DNA from: an uncultured Spirochaetales bacterium
GTDB taxonomy: Bacteria; Spirochaetota; Spirochaetia; Sphaerochaetales; Sphaerochaetaceae
Assembly (NCBI GenBank): GCA_949287505.1
Contig: CASEGX010000010.1
Coordinates: forward strand, 3,297-67,296
Direction: 5' to 3'
Length of the DNA stretch: 64,000 nucleotides
The notes beneath the pieces are model-generated. The model was not told the DNA's origin. It ran no database searches and saw only the letters and a program-made list of their open reading frames with translations. Position numbers and translations under genes: made by a program. Every line of letters starts with the position of its first letter. Positions within the stretch are counted from its first letter, which is position 1. Below, piece by piece: positions 1 through 9,471 of this stretch.

Positions 1-1228
1 TGTCTATGTATTCTCTCTTGGAGCCAAGATAGTTGTACATCATCTCCTGGAAACCGAGGCCGACAAGGATTCCCTTCACCTTTCTTGAGAATTCCTCAAC
101 AGGCGACAGACGTCCGATTGTGAAATCTGCAGGCATTACCGGCTCAAAAGATGCCAGTCCATGACCAATCATCACATCTTCCACGACATCGACACCATGG
201 AGAAAATCATTGCGGTATTCAGGAACACGGACAGTAACGGTATCACCTTCGACAGAAGCCTTCACTCCCATTCTCTTGAGGGCAGCAACACACTCCTCTC
301 CGGAAAGATCCTCTCCAAGCTTCTTATGAATGAGGTCGAGAGAAGCCGTCATAGGCTTCTGGAAATAATACGGGACGGTGATTTCCCTTCCGTAAGGTGT
401 GTCTTTTGCAAAACGGGCCTTCACAGGAAGAATCTCAAAGCCCATATCCGCCATATCGCAGGAAAGGATCGAAACAGCAAGCAGCAGGTCATCAAGGATA
501 GGACCCGATACCTCGATAAAGAAATCAGAATCCCCGACCTCTACAGCACCGATACGTGCACTGTTTATGACAGGTGGGAAAGAGAGCGTGTCACCATTGT
601 CATCATAAAGATATGGGAAGCGTGGGAATGAAGAGACAATGTAGCCATAATCCCTTCCCTTAGGATGCTTTTCACATATTTCACGGAGTGAGAGCTCCTC
701 AGTCATTCCGAGCGGTACGAACTTTGTCTTATCAGGATCCACCGCAGCATAGTGCACAGGATACTTGATAAGCTCTGAGCGGTAGATACCCATTGCTATC
801 GTCTTTCTCTTCCTGCCGAAATTCGTGCAGAGCTTCTCCTGGCTCTGAATGAGATTCACAAGAAGGTCGTTATCAACAGTCTTTCCGCGGGCAGCGAAAC
901 CTATTGAATAATCACGTATGCCAATCACGCTCTCGTCATCGATGACGATGCGTCCGTCTGAAGGCTTCTCGGACTCAGCGCTTGAGAAGAAATCATACGA
1001 TGGGATATTTCCTGTCTCATAGCACTTGAGAGCACGTGCAACACCTGCAGCAGACCAGAGATCCGGACGGTTTGTGTCATTGAGCTCGATCTTTATCACA
1101 TGGTTTTCATTATCATGTCCGTCAAGCTCAGCCTTGGCGACAGGGAAGATATCAACAAGCTCATCATCGCTCATTCTCTTTCCGAGAAGCTCATAGAAAA
1201 TGTTTTCAGGTACTTCAATCTTTGGCAT
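1..1228 (-). CDS. pheT: phenylalanine--tRNA ligase beta subunit, archaeal/eukaryal type (first ~409 codons; gene runs off the window start)
   Basis: My own translation of the minus strand from ATG 1228-1226 reads MPKIEVPENIFYELLGKRMSDDELVDIFPVAKAELDGHDNENHVIKIEL... I spot-checked the frame and it stays open to position 1. It is absent from the ORF track because there is no stop in the window. The start directly follows the pheS stop (TAAATG). Confidence 0.8.
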   Translation of the reverse strand, partial: MPKIEVPENIFYELLGKRMSDDELVDIFPVAKAELDGHDNENHVIKIELNDTNRPDLWSAAGVARALKCYETGNIPSYDFFSSAESEKPSDGRIVIDDESVIGIRDYSIGFAARGKTVDNDLLVNLIQSQEKLCTNFGRKRKTIAMGIYRSELIKYPVHYAAVDPDKTKFVPLGMTEELSLREICEKHPKGRDYGYIVSSFPRFPYLYDDNGDTLSFPPVINSARIGAVEVGDSDFFIEVSGPILDDLLLAVSILSCDMADMGFEILPVKARFAKDTPYGREITVPYYFQKPMTASLDLIHKKLGEDLSGEECVAALKRMGVKASVEGDTVTVRVPEYRNDFLHGVDVVEDVMIGHGLASFEPVMPADFTIGRLSPVEEFSRKVKGILVGLGFQEMMYNYLGSKREYID

Positions 1229-2767
1229 TTAGTTTCCCCTCCTTGTCCTTACACTCTCAATGTCCGGAGTAAAGAGCTCTCTCAGATCGTTGAGACCAAG
1301 GTGCATGAGCGCCATCCTGTCGATTCCGAGACCCCAGGCAAGTACAGGTTCCTTTATTCCAAGCGGTTCTGTAACCTCAGGGCGGAAGATTCCGGATCCG
1401 CCAAGCTCAAACCAGCCAAGGACAGGATGCTTGATATGAACCTCAATCGATGGCTCCGTGAACGGGAAATAGCCAGGAACATACTTCACTTCCTCGGCTC
1501 CCGCAATTTCCTCTGCGAACATCTTAAGAAGGCCGAGAAGGTTCTTGAGATTGACATCCTTTCCGATGACAATACCCTCTGTCTGATAGAAATCAGCACC
1601 ATGTGTGGCATCCACCTGATCATATCTGAAGCAGCGGACGACACCGAAATACTTTCCAGGAATATGTGCCTTTGTAAGCTGATGAGCCGAAAGGACAGTT
1701 CCCTGGCTTCTCAGGACCTGGCGACGCGTGAATTCGTGATCGAACTCATATCCCCATCCGCGGGAACCTGTTGTCCATCCATTTTCATGGGTGGCTGCTA
1801 CCTGACTGAGCCAAGGTTCGTCTATCTTCTTCGCATGCACAGGATCCTTGACATAGTAGACATCGTGGATATCACGGGCAGAATGGAACTGCGGCATAAA
1901 GAGTGCATCGCCATTCCAGAACTCATTCTCTACAAGCGGTCCGTCAAATTCCTCGAAACCGAGAGAGATAAGCTTGTTCTTCACCCACTCAAGATACTCC
2001 GAATATGCATTTCTTCTTCCAGGAATGAGGCGTGAAACAGGAGCATTGATTCCATAAGGACGGAAGGTACCGTTCTTCCAGGCTCCGGACTGCAGCATCT
2101 GGGGCGTGAGGACACCGAACTCCTCTCCTGTTATGTTTGCTTTTATTACAGCTTCCTTTGTCTCTTCGCCAAGAGATGTAAGACGATAGACAATGACATC
2201 ACGTTCCTGAATGCGGAACGGTGAGGAGGAAGCACCTCTCTTCTTTGCAAGAGGGGCTATAGCCTTCTTCTCATCAGCGGACAAATCGCTCTCATCAAGA
2301 CTTCCGCTTTCTGCAGCTTTATCAAGGAGGGAGCGCTGGATCTTTATCTCTTCAGGAAGCTCTCCGGCAACCTCTGCTTTTCGCTCTTCATTCAGACGGA
2401 GCGCGCCTTTTGAAGAAAGAAGGCCGAAAGCAGAACCTACATCGCTCTTCTCAAGTCCAAGAGCCTCAGCAATCTCCGGCATAGTAAAGGCACCTTTCTC
2501 GCTCAGGAAAGCGTGGATACGCTCTGCAGGCAGTCCCTGTTCCTTCATTGTCCGTCCTGTATCTGTCAGCTCATAGATGGTCTTCTTTACTCTGGAGACC
2601 TCTTCAAGGCAGCCTTTTGCTGTAAGCCATGAGAATGACTGGTTGCACTGCCCTACCTTATATCCCAGACCGCTGATGATTTTCTCTTCGGTGATATCCT
2701 CTCCGGCATTCACATACCTCAGAAGCTTCACTTCCAGCGGGTGCAGGTTCTTAACATCGATACTCAT
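1229..2767 (-). CDS. pheS: phenylalanine--tRNA ligase alpha subunit, long archaeal/eukaryal/spirochaetal type
   Basis: 512-aa ORF with N-terminal helix-turn-helix-like repeats and a class II core (FRYDQVDATHGADFYQTEG, GYFPFTEPS, GSGIFRPEV, AWGLGIDR). A GGAG lies upstream of the ATG. Confidence 0.93.
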   Translation of the reverse strand: MSIDVKNLHPLEVKLLRYVNAGEDITEEKIISGLGYKVGQCNQSFSWLTAKGCLEEVSRVKKTIYELTDTGRTMKEQGLPAERIHAFLSEKGAFTMPEIAEALGLEKSDVGSAFGLLSSKGALRLNEERKAEVAGELPEEIKIQRSLLDKAAESGSLDESDLSADEKKAIAPLAKKRGASSSPFRIQERDVIVYRLTSLGEETKEAVIKANITGEEFGVLTPQMLQSGAWKNGTFRPYGINAPVSRLIPGRRNAYSEYLEWVKNKLISLGFEEFDGPLVENEFWNGDALFMPQFHSARDIHDVYYVKDPVHAKKIDEPWLSQVAATHENGWTTGSRGWGYEFDHEFTRRQVLRSQGTVLSAHQLTKAHIPGKYFGVVRCFRYDQVDATHGADFYQTEGIVIGKDVNLKNLLGLLKMFAEEIAGAEEVKYVPGYFPFTEPSIEVHIKHPVLGWFELGGSGIFRPEVTEPLGIKEPVLAWGLGIDRMALMHLGLNDLRELFTPDIESVRTRRGN

Positions 2768-2822
2768 AATCTCTCTGCTCCTTCGGAAATACAGAGTGAT
2801 TATATTGATTATCAGAGGAAAA

Positions 2823-4766
2823 TCAAAGGGAAAGAAGGCGATAGGCTGAATCTCTTATGTCCTCTTCACTGACAAGAACCATTTCCTCAAGGCTTCTCGG
2901 ACAGGGAAGCGGTACAGGAAGGGCGGAAAGCACCTCGATACAGCCGGGTTTGTATGAAGATGAGGATGAGAGAATGGAGACAACGCTTTCAGCAATGCTT
3001 CCCTGAAGCGGTGTATCCTCTACAATCAGGGCCTTTCCGATTCTCCCGAACTCTTTCAGGATTGTCTTTTCATCAAGGGGATGGATGGTTGCAAGATCAA
3101 GCATCGTAATGGAATCAGAGATGGAGGAAAGCGCCTTTCTCGCCACTGCAAATGGCCGCGAATAGCCTATTACAAGCAATCTGTCACCGCTTCCATGGAC
3201 AATGGCCTTCCCGATCGGGAGATACGTACAGCTGTCTCCAATATCTCCTTCATCATTATAAAGCGCCTTATGCTCGAAAAAGAGTACAGGATTACCATCC
3301 TTTGCGGCACTCTTGAGAAGGGCTTTGGCAGAGAAAGCATCAGAGGGAGCTACTACCTTGAGTCCCGGAATATTCAGAAACATTGATTCCAGGCACTGTG
3401 TATGCTGCGGTCCATGCCCTGTCATTCCCCCGATCGGAGCACGGACCACCATCGGACAGGAAAGCTGACCGCCAGACATGAAACGTGCTTTTGCCGCGTG
3501 ATTTATAATCGCATCAGAGACAAGCGTGGAGAAGTCACCATACATGATCTCAACAACAGGATGCAGCGACAGCATCGCCGCACCTGCAGCCATGGATGTA
3601 AAGCCTTCCTCTGAAACAGGAGTCTCCAATACCTGATCTGGATACTGTCTGTAAAGATTTCCAGTCACCCCGAAGCAGCCACCGTAAACTCCTATATCCT
3701 CGCCCATCAGGAAGGCTTTGCTGTCATTGGAGAGAATCTCGTCAAGTGCCTCCCTTATTGCACTACGGTAAGTTCCACGATGCGTGCAGCCACTGCCCCC
3801 TGCACGGAAAGATGAAGGCACATATACAAGACTCTCCATCTCCGAGCAACTGACTCTCTCATCTTTGACACTAAGTGCCCTTTCAAGCGCATCGTCGACT
3901 TCCGCTCTGACCTCATTCCTGATTTCCGCCAGTTCCTCTGCACTGGAAATAGAAGAGAGCTGGAGAAAACTGGAAAACAGAGCAATCGGATCCTTCTCCT
4001 TCCATTCAGCCTCCTCTCCGCGTGTCCGGTAAAGGAGCTTGTCAGAGCGGCTATGCCCACAAAGGCGGTATGTCTCTGCCTCGATGAAATATGGCGTATG
4101 ATCCCTGAGAATATGCTCACGGGCCTCCTTCACGGCCTCCTCGACAGCAAGTACATCATTGCCATCAATCCTGATAGAGGGAATCCTGAACCCCTCTGCC
4201 CTTCTGTATATACCATCTGCAGCTATCATCCTCTCAGCAGATGCAGACATTCCATAATGATTGTTCTCAAGGAGGAAAAGAAGCGGGAGGTGCCAGATCG
4301 ATGACGCGTTCATCACCTCGTACAGTATACCACGCGAGGAAGCTCCGTCTCCGAAGATAGCAACGGAGATTGCATCCCTCCCCATCCTCTTCAGCGCAAG
4401 GGCAGCACCACCGGCAAGACCTATTCCCGAGCCGACAACAGCAGAGGACCCGAGATTGCAGGTTTCCGTATCCGTCATATGCATGGAACCACCGAGCCCT
4501 TTGCAAAGACCATGCCGTGAGCCAAGGACTTCGGAGAACATACGGAATAAATCTGAGCCTCTGGCTGCATTATAACCATGGCATCGATGTGTAGGGACAA
4601 TCCAGTCATCTGGAGAAAGGGAGGCAGCAAGACCGGACGAGACAGCTTCCTGCCCTATTGAGAGATGATATGTACCATAAATGAGGCCTTCCGATGAAAG
4701 TCTTTCAAGTGCCTCTTCAAAATATCTTGAACGAAGCATCGAAGAGAAAAGAGAAAGATAATCCAT
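2823..4766 (-). CDS. TPP-dependent 2-oxoacid (pyruvate/acetoin/branched-chain type) dehydrogenase E1 component, fused alpha-beta subunits
   Basis: The N-terminal half looks like E1-alpha (GDGASSRG, ENNHYGMS). The C-terminal half looks like E1-beta (GEDIGVYGG, ETPVSEEGF, transketolase-like C-terminus). I chose the start at ATG 4766 because GGAGG lies 6 nt upstream and it avoids overlap with the upstream gene. Confidence 0.85.
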   Translation of the reverse strand: MDYLSLFSSMLRSRYFEEALERLSSEGLIYGTYHLSIGQEAVSSGLAASLSPDDWIVPTHRCHGYNAARGSDLFRMFSEVLGSRHGLCKGLGGSMHMTDTETCNLGSSAVVGSGIGLAGGAALALKRMGRDAISVAIFGDGASSRGILYEVMNASSIWHLPLLFLLENNHYGMSASAERMIAADGIYRRAEGFRIPSIRIDGNDVLAVEEAVKEAREHILRDHTPYFIEAETYRLCGHSRSDKLLYRTRGEEAEWKEKDPIALFSSFLQLSSISSAEELAEIRNEVRAEVDDALERALSVKDERVSCSEMESLVYVPSSFRAGGSGCTHRGTYRSAIREALDEILSNDSKAFLMGEDIGVYGGCFGVTGNLYRQYPDQVLETPVSEEGFTSMAAGAAMLSLHPVVEIMYGDFSTLVSDAIINHAAKARFMSGGQLSCPMVVRAPIGGMTGHGPQHTQCLESMFLNIPGLKVVAPSDAFSAKALLKSAAKDGNPVLFFEHKALYNDEGDIGDSCTYLPIGKAIVHGSGDRLLVIGYSRPFAVARKALSSISDSITMLDLATIHPLDEKTILKEFGRIGKALIVEDTPLQGSIAESVVSILSSSSSYKPGCIEVLSALPVPLPCPRSLEEMVLVSEEDIRDSAYRLLSL

Positions 4767-4779
4767 CAAAGCCTCCGCC

Positions 4780-5274
4780 TCAGTTGATATACACACCCAG
4801 AATGCGTCCGATGAACATTCTGTGCCAGTCCTCCTGAGGATAAAGGCTCTTTATCTCATCGTCAATCAATGTGCTCCCATCCAGCACAGTACCGGCAATC
4901 TTCTGGCATGTCATGATGAGGTTCGCCTCCTCAAATGCCACTCCGCCATCGAGCTCGAAAGGCGTTATTCCCGCTTTCAAGGCCTTATCCGTATCACGCC
5001 CTGATACAGAGCCACAGAAATCCAGCACGCTCTTTTTTTCCGGAGGAAAGAAAGACAAGGTGAAAACACCGGAGCGTTCCATCACCTGCAGTGTATAGCG
5101 TTCTTTCCTCACAAAGACAAATGCCGCAGGATCATTCCATATATATCCAAGCGCTCCCCATCCTGCAGTCATCGTATTCCAGTCCGAGGCACCACCTGCA
5201 GTAAGAAGGAAATTATCATTACCTATTACCGTGAACGGATTGAGTTCAAGCTGATCAAAACCTATTTTCTGCAT
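4780..5274 (-). CDS. flavin reductase-like (FMN-binding split-barrel) domain protein
   Basis: 164-aa ORF starting MQKIGFDQLELNPFTVIG... with a Flavin_Reduct-like layout. AAGGAGG precedes ATG 5274. The stop lies 13 nt before the E1 start, so the two are probably co-transcribed. Confidence 0.7.
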   Translation of the reverse strand: MQKIGFDQLELNPFTVIGNDNFLLTAGGASDWNTMTAGWGALGYIWNDPAAFVFVRKERYTLQVMERSGVFTLSFFPPEKKSVLDFCGSVSGRDTDKALKAGITPFELDGGVAFEEANLIMTCQKIAGTVLDGSTLIDDEIKSLYPQEDWHRMFIGRILGVYIN

Positions 5275-5387
5275 GCCTAGCACCTCCTTATAATGCAATT
5301 ATAGCATGCACACATTGGGTGTGCACTTCTCAAAACATCCATTCGCAGATAAACTGATTCCATCTCAATAGAAATCTGGAGCTATAA

Positions 5388-5945
5388 ATGACAGAAGCAA
5401 AACCGTCGCTACCGGCTGATCTCAGGCGCGTTCTAATCGACGAGGAGACAATACGCCATCGCGTGTCAGAACTTGCCGATGAAATCAACAAAGCTTACAA
5501 GGATATCAAGGAACCCCTGATTCTCGTTGGAGTACTGAAGGGGTCTTTTATATTCATGGCAGATCTCTCCAGGCGTCTTGAAATCCCGCATATCGTGGAT
5601 TTCATCGCCATTTCCTCCTATGGAAACAAAGGAGACAAGAGAGGAGAAGTCAGGCTTTTGATGGATACAAGAGAGAATCTTGCAGGGCATCATGTGCTCA
5701 TCGTCGAGGATATCCTTGACAGCGGTTCGACTCTCGCATATCTGACAAAAGCATTTGCGGCCAGAGGAACAGAATCTGTTTCCACTGCAGTCTTCCTGGA
5801 CAAGCCTTCACGACATATCGTGCCTGTTGACATACGCTTCAGAGGCTTCGAGATTCCCGATGTCTGGGTAGTGGGATATGGTCTTGATTACAAAGAGCGC
5901 CACCGCACGCTCCCTTATATTGCAGAAATGATACCGGAGAACTGA
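5388..5945 (+). CDS. hpt: hypoxanthine phosphoribosyltransferase
   Basis: Motifs LILVGVLKGSFIFMADL and the PRPP loop VLIVEDILDSGSTL. GGAG lies upstream. Confidence 0.93.
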   Translation: MTEAKPSLPADLRRVLIDEETIRHRVSELADEINKAYKDIKEPLILVGVLKGSFIFMADLSRRLEIPHIVDFIAISSYGNKGDKRGEVRLLMDTRENLAGHHVLIVEDILDSGSTLAYLTKAFAARGTESVSTAVFLDKPSRHIVPVDIRFRGFEIPDVWVVGYGLDYKERHRTLPYIAEMIPEN

Positions 5946-5946
5946 G

Positions 5947-6516
5947 ATGATCGATAAATTCTATGTCAGCTACAATACCGTTCACAAGCTAATAAAGAAA
6001 CTTGCGAAGAAGATTGAGGAATCAGGATTCGATCCTGATGTGATAGTCGCTATCGGATCGGGTGGTTTCATACCTGCAAGAATCATCAAGACATTCATCA
6101 ACCGTCCAATCTATGCAGTCGGAATATCCTACTATGGAATGGATCACAAGCACCGTGAGCATCCAACGAAAATCCAGTGGATTGATGAGGTCCAGTCACA
6201 ACTGAGAGGAAAGAATGTCCTCTTGATCGATGAAGTTGATGACACACGTGCAACGCTGGGATACTGCGTGGGAGAACTTCTTTCATATGAGCCGAAGGAG
6301 ATTGCGGTCCTCGTCCTTCACAACAAGCTCAAGAAGAAGGATGTAGAATTCCCTCCAGAGATTAAAAGATACTATCCTGCCCTCGAGATCGAGGACCTGT
6401 GGATAAAATATCCATGGGATGCCGATGATATCGATGAGCATGCAGAGAAAGAGAAAGAGATGTTCGCAGAACTGAAGAAAATGGGAAAGGAGGATTTACT
6501 AAATGGAATCATATAA
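5947..6516 (+). CDS. second purine phosphoribosyltransferase, yeast Hpt1-like HGPRT/XPRT type
   Basis: YVSYNTVHKL, VIVAIGSGGFIPARIIKTF, NVLLIDEVDDTRATL and WIKYPWD closely parallel the S. cerevisiae Hpt1 motifs as I recall them. The start is 1 nt after the hpt stop. Confidence 0.8.
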   Translation: MIDKFYVSYNTVHKLIKKLAKKIEESGFDPDVIVAIGSGGFIPARIIKTFINRPIYAVGISYYGMDHKHREHPTKIQWIDEVQSQLRGKNVLLIDEVDDTRATLGYCVGELLSYEPKEIAVLVLHNKLKKKDVEFPPEIKRYYPALEIEDLWIKYPWDADDIDEHAEKEKEMFAELKKMGKEDLLNGII

Positions 6517-7789
6517 TGTTAATGCAGTAGTTGGAGTCCAGTGGGGCGACGAGGGAAAAGGCCGCATCGTGGATTACCTTGCATCCGATGCGGAGCTTGT
6601 CATCCGCTTTCAGGGTGGTGACAACGCCGGACATACTGTAATAAACGAGCACGGCAAATTCGGACTTCACATTCTCCCCAGCGGAATATTCAATCCTGAC
6701 ACAATGAATATCGTGGGGGCTGGCACTGTCGTAAATTTTGACAGGATGCATGAAGAGCTTGAGGATATAAGAAAAACAGCCGGCCTTGAAATTGACAATG
6801 TATTCATCGATGAAAGAGCGCATATCATAATGCCATACCACATGGCTCTGGATGGAGCTGAGGAAGGAAAGCGCAGCGATAAAGAGAAAATCGGAACGAC
6901 CAAGCGTGGAATAGGCCCATGCTACTCCGACAAAGCTGCAAGAATGGGCATAAGAGCTGCAGATATCATGGATGAGGAAAGACTCAAGGAAAGGCTTTCT
7001 CTGATCCTCCCTAAGAAGAACAGGGATCTTGAATACTATGGCCTCGATACCGTCACTCTGGATGACATGCTTGCAAAATGTGCGCTCTGGAGAAAGGAGT
7101 TCGGTGACCATATCATCGATGCAGCACCAGTAATCAGGGATGCGGTAGAGAGCGGAAAGAAAATACTTCTCGAAGGCCAGCTTGGCATTATGAGGGACAA
7201 CGACTGGGGAATCTATCCTTATACGACATCCTCCAATCCGACCGTCTCCGGAGGCTGCAATGGAGCTGGAATCCCACCCCGCTGCATTTCCAAGGTTGTG
7301 GGTGTTGCCAAGGCCTATTCAACCTCCGTCGGTGGTGGTCCGTACATGACTGAGCTTTTTGACAAGGACGGTGAGAAACTGAGGGACATCGGGCATGAAT
7401 ATGGTGTTACGACAGGCCGCCCAAGAAGATGCGGCTGGTTCGATGCAGTTGCTGCAGACTTCGCATGCTATATGAACGGAGTTACGGATATTGCCCTCAC
7501 AAAGCTTGATGTGCTTGATACATTCGAGAAGATCAAAGTCTGTACAGGCTATATGATCGACGGCGAATATTACAGCCATCTTCCAGAAACAAGGCTACAG
7601 GAAAGAGCAAAGCCGATTTACGAGACATTCGATGGATGGATGACGGACACAACAGGCTGCCGCAGATGGGAAGAGCTCCCGGAGAATGCGAAGACATACA
7701 TTCTCGCCCTCGAGAAGATGATGAACACGCATATTACATACATCTCTGTAGGCCCTGAGCGCGACCAGCTGATCATCCGCGAAAAATAA
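6503..7789 (+). CDS. purA: adenylosuccinate synthetase
   Basis: Motifs GVQWGDEGKGRIVD, GGDNAGHTV and TTKRGIGPCY over a 428-aa ORF. Confidence 0.96.
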   Translation: MESYNVNAVVGVQWGDEGKGRIVDYLASDAELVIRFQGGDNAGHTVINEHGKFGLHILPSGIFNPDTMNIVGAGTVVNFDRMHEELEDIRKTAGLEIDNVFIDERAHIIMPYHMALDGAEEGKRSDKEKIGTTKRGIGPCYSDKAARMGIRAADIMDEERLKERLSLILPKKNRDLEYYGLDTVTLDDMLAKCALWRKEFGDHIIDAAPVIRDAVESGKKILLEGQLGIMRDNDWGIYPYTTSSNPTVSGGCNGAGIPPRCISKVVGVAKAYSTSVGGGPYMTELFDKDGEKLRDIGHEYGVTTGRPRRCGWFDAVAADFACYMNGVTDIALTKLDVLDTFEKIKVCTGYMIDGEYYSHLPETRLQERAKPIYETFDGWMTDTTGCRRWEELPENAKTYILALEKMMNTHITYISVGPERDQLIIREK

Positions 7790-7926
7790 TACATTCTTAA
7801 CGCAGTCTTGATGATATCTCCAATTTAACGGGTTATCATCAGGACAGAATACAAAAGGCCTCCAATGGAAACAGGCCGTCATAGAAAAATGGCTGTTCAG
7901 GATAACACAGCTGCAAAACATCACAG

Positions 7927-7946
7927 AGCAGGACTCAGGTCCTGCT
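7927..7946 (+). terminator. hairpin AGCAGGAC-tcag-GTCCTGCT followed by TTGTGGCATCTTTT
   Basis: 8-bp stem seen in the sequence. The U-tract is interrupted, and the hairpin sits about 140 nt after the purA stop. Confidence 0.35.
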
Positions 7947-8056
7947 TTGTGGCATCTTTTGGGCCTGCAGTCATAATCGTGAGATAATTCATTACAGGCA
8001 GTAAAAATCCTTGAAACAACCTCTCCTTCGCAATAATATCGGGAATGGAGGAAAAT

Positions 8057-9373
8057 ATGAGAAATCTCATAAAAATCGCAATGGGGGGGATTGTTCTTTT
8101 AGCTCTTCTCTCCTCCTGCACGCAGTATGACTACTCTGATCTCTACTGGTGGCATGATCAGAGCCAGAATGAAGACGGAAATGAATCGCATACACACGAG
8201 TACGAAATCGCAGGATATGAGATATCAGGGAATACCCTGTATGCAATAAAGAGCTGCGAATGCGGAGATTCCAGTAAATCTGCAATAAGAAACGCAATCT
8301 TCATAGATACCGAAGAGGAAGCAGAGGCAACGGAAATACCGTCAGGTTCCTTTGTCGTCGTGACACCGGAAAGCGCACTTCCTGTATTGGATGCGGTCCC
8401 AGATGGAGTCACTGTCATATTCAGCAAAGACACATACGAAGACACCATCACCTTCCGCCAGAGCCGCACACGCTCAAAAGTCAAGGTGTTTGGCGACTTG
8501 AATGACATTCCGCTGAAGGACAACATTGTCAGCGCTGAGTTCTATCTCGGTTATGTAAATGCAGATTCTGCCCTGTATGACTATGGTATATGGGCATACA
8601 GAAGGATCAATGATGTTACTCTCTATGCAGAAGAAGGAGCCAGTTTCCCCGGAGGGGTTTCGATAGACATTGACAATGATTATGACAATATCAGGGAACG
8701 CCAATCACCCTCGGCTGAAAATTACACAAGCATTATCTATGTCGAGAACCTGACAATATGGAATTTCGATTTTGAAGGAAGCACGCTCAGGCTCAACATA
8801 GACCATCAGAATCTTGAGGACTATGGCATCCATGGTCTTACAGTGCGTGGCTGCAATTTCATAGGCACGGATACAACAATGACTACAAACAATGAAACAG
8901 GCTACGCTATAAACGCAGGAAGAATGAAGACTTCAGGCTGCCTTGAGGATGTCGTCATTGAGAACTGCAGTTTCAGCAAGTATTTCAAAGGCATGAATAC
9001 CGGCACAATGAACAATCTCACGGTCAGGGATTCCATATTCACGGACATGGGATGGTCATCCATAGGCATTCAGGGACAGAACAACTCAGGAGAATTCCTG
9101 TTTTCAGGAAATGAATTCAATGGATTCGATGAATGTGCAATCGGACGTGCAAAGTTCACGGATGCTGATATCACAGTTGAGAACAACACATTCTCAGGAA
9201 GCAACCCAAGCTCAAGCAGCGGCAGAGTAATCCTATGGTTCGGGAATGGCGGCACTGAGCCTCTGACAAATGTGACAATCAGGCTCAGCAACAACACATA
9301 TGATGGAATCCTTCTTACTGAAGAGGGAATCACTGACGAGTCCCAGGATATGTTCCAGGTCTTCGCACCATAA
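8057..9373 (+). CDS. lipoprotein with parallel beta-helix (PbH1-like) repeats, unknown function
   Basis: Signal peptide plus lipobox (LLALLSSC). Repeated N-x-T/V-I/V-x-N-C/N-x-F units occur (VRGCNFIG, IENCSFSK, VRDSIFTD, VENNTFSG, LSNNTYDG). GGAGG precedes the second ATG at 8057. Confidence 0.7.
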   Translation: MRNLIKIAMGGIVLLALLSSCTQYDYSDLYWWHDQSQNEDGNESHTHEYEIAGYEISGNTLYAIKSCECGDSSKSAIRNAIFIDTEEEAEATEIPSGSFVVVTPESALPVLDAVPDGVTVIFSKDTYEDTITFRQSRTRSKVKVFGDLNDIPLKDNIVSAEFYLGYVNADSALYDYGIWAYRRINDVTLYAEEGASFPGGVSIDIDNDYDNIRERQSPSAENYTSIIYVENLTIWNFDFEGSTLRLNIDHQNLEDYGIHGLTVRGCNFIGTDTTMTTNNETGYAINAGRMKTSGCLEDVVIENCSFSKYFKGMNTGTMNNLTVRDSIFTDMGWSSIGIQGQNNSGEFLFSGNEFNGFDECAIGRAKFTDADITVENNTFSGSNPSSSSGRVILWFGNGGTEPLTNVTIRLSNNTYDGILLTEEGITDESQDMFQVFAP

Positions 9374-9432
9374 TCAATCGCCAGCCGGCCTCAGGTTATC
9401 AACAAGGTACTGTTGCTAGAAAACCTGGAATT

Positions 9433-9462
9433 TTGCAACGGTACCTTTTTCTTTGCTATAAT
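9433..9462 (+). promoter_or_regulatory. sigma70-type promoter TTGCAA-18 nt-TATAAT for purB
   Basis: The hexamers are at 9433-9438 and 9457-9462. ATG 9472 follows the -10 by 9 nt with no SD. Confidence 0.55.
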
Positions 9463-9471
9463 CTCAGCAGT

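Noticed and set aside
2768-2822. T-box leader upstream of pheS.
   Set aside because: Only about 55 nt separate the ATG from the upstream gene. That space holds a TATAAT and a GGAG and is far too short for a T-box.
7790-8056. Long intergenic spacer with several hairpins (for example 7809-7845 and 7927-7946), considered as a possible riboswitch or sRNA.
   Set aside because: I recognised no known riboswitch core, the hairpins lack clean U-tracts, and I found no promoter. The evidence is too thin to call an RNA gene.
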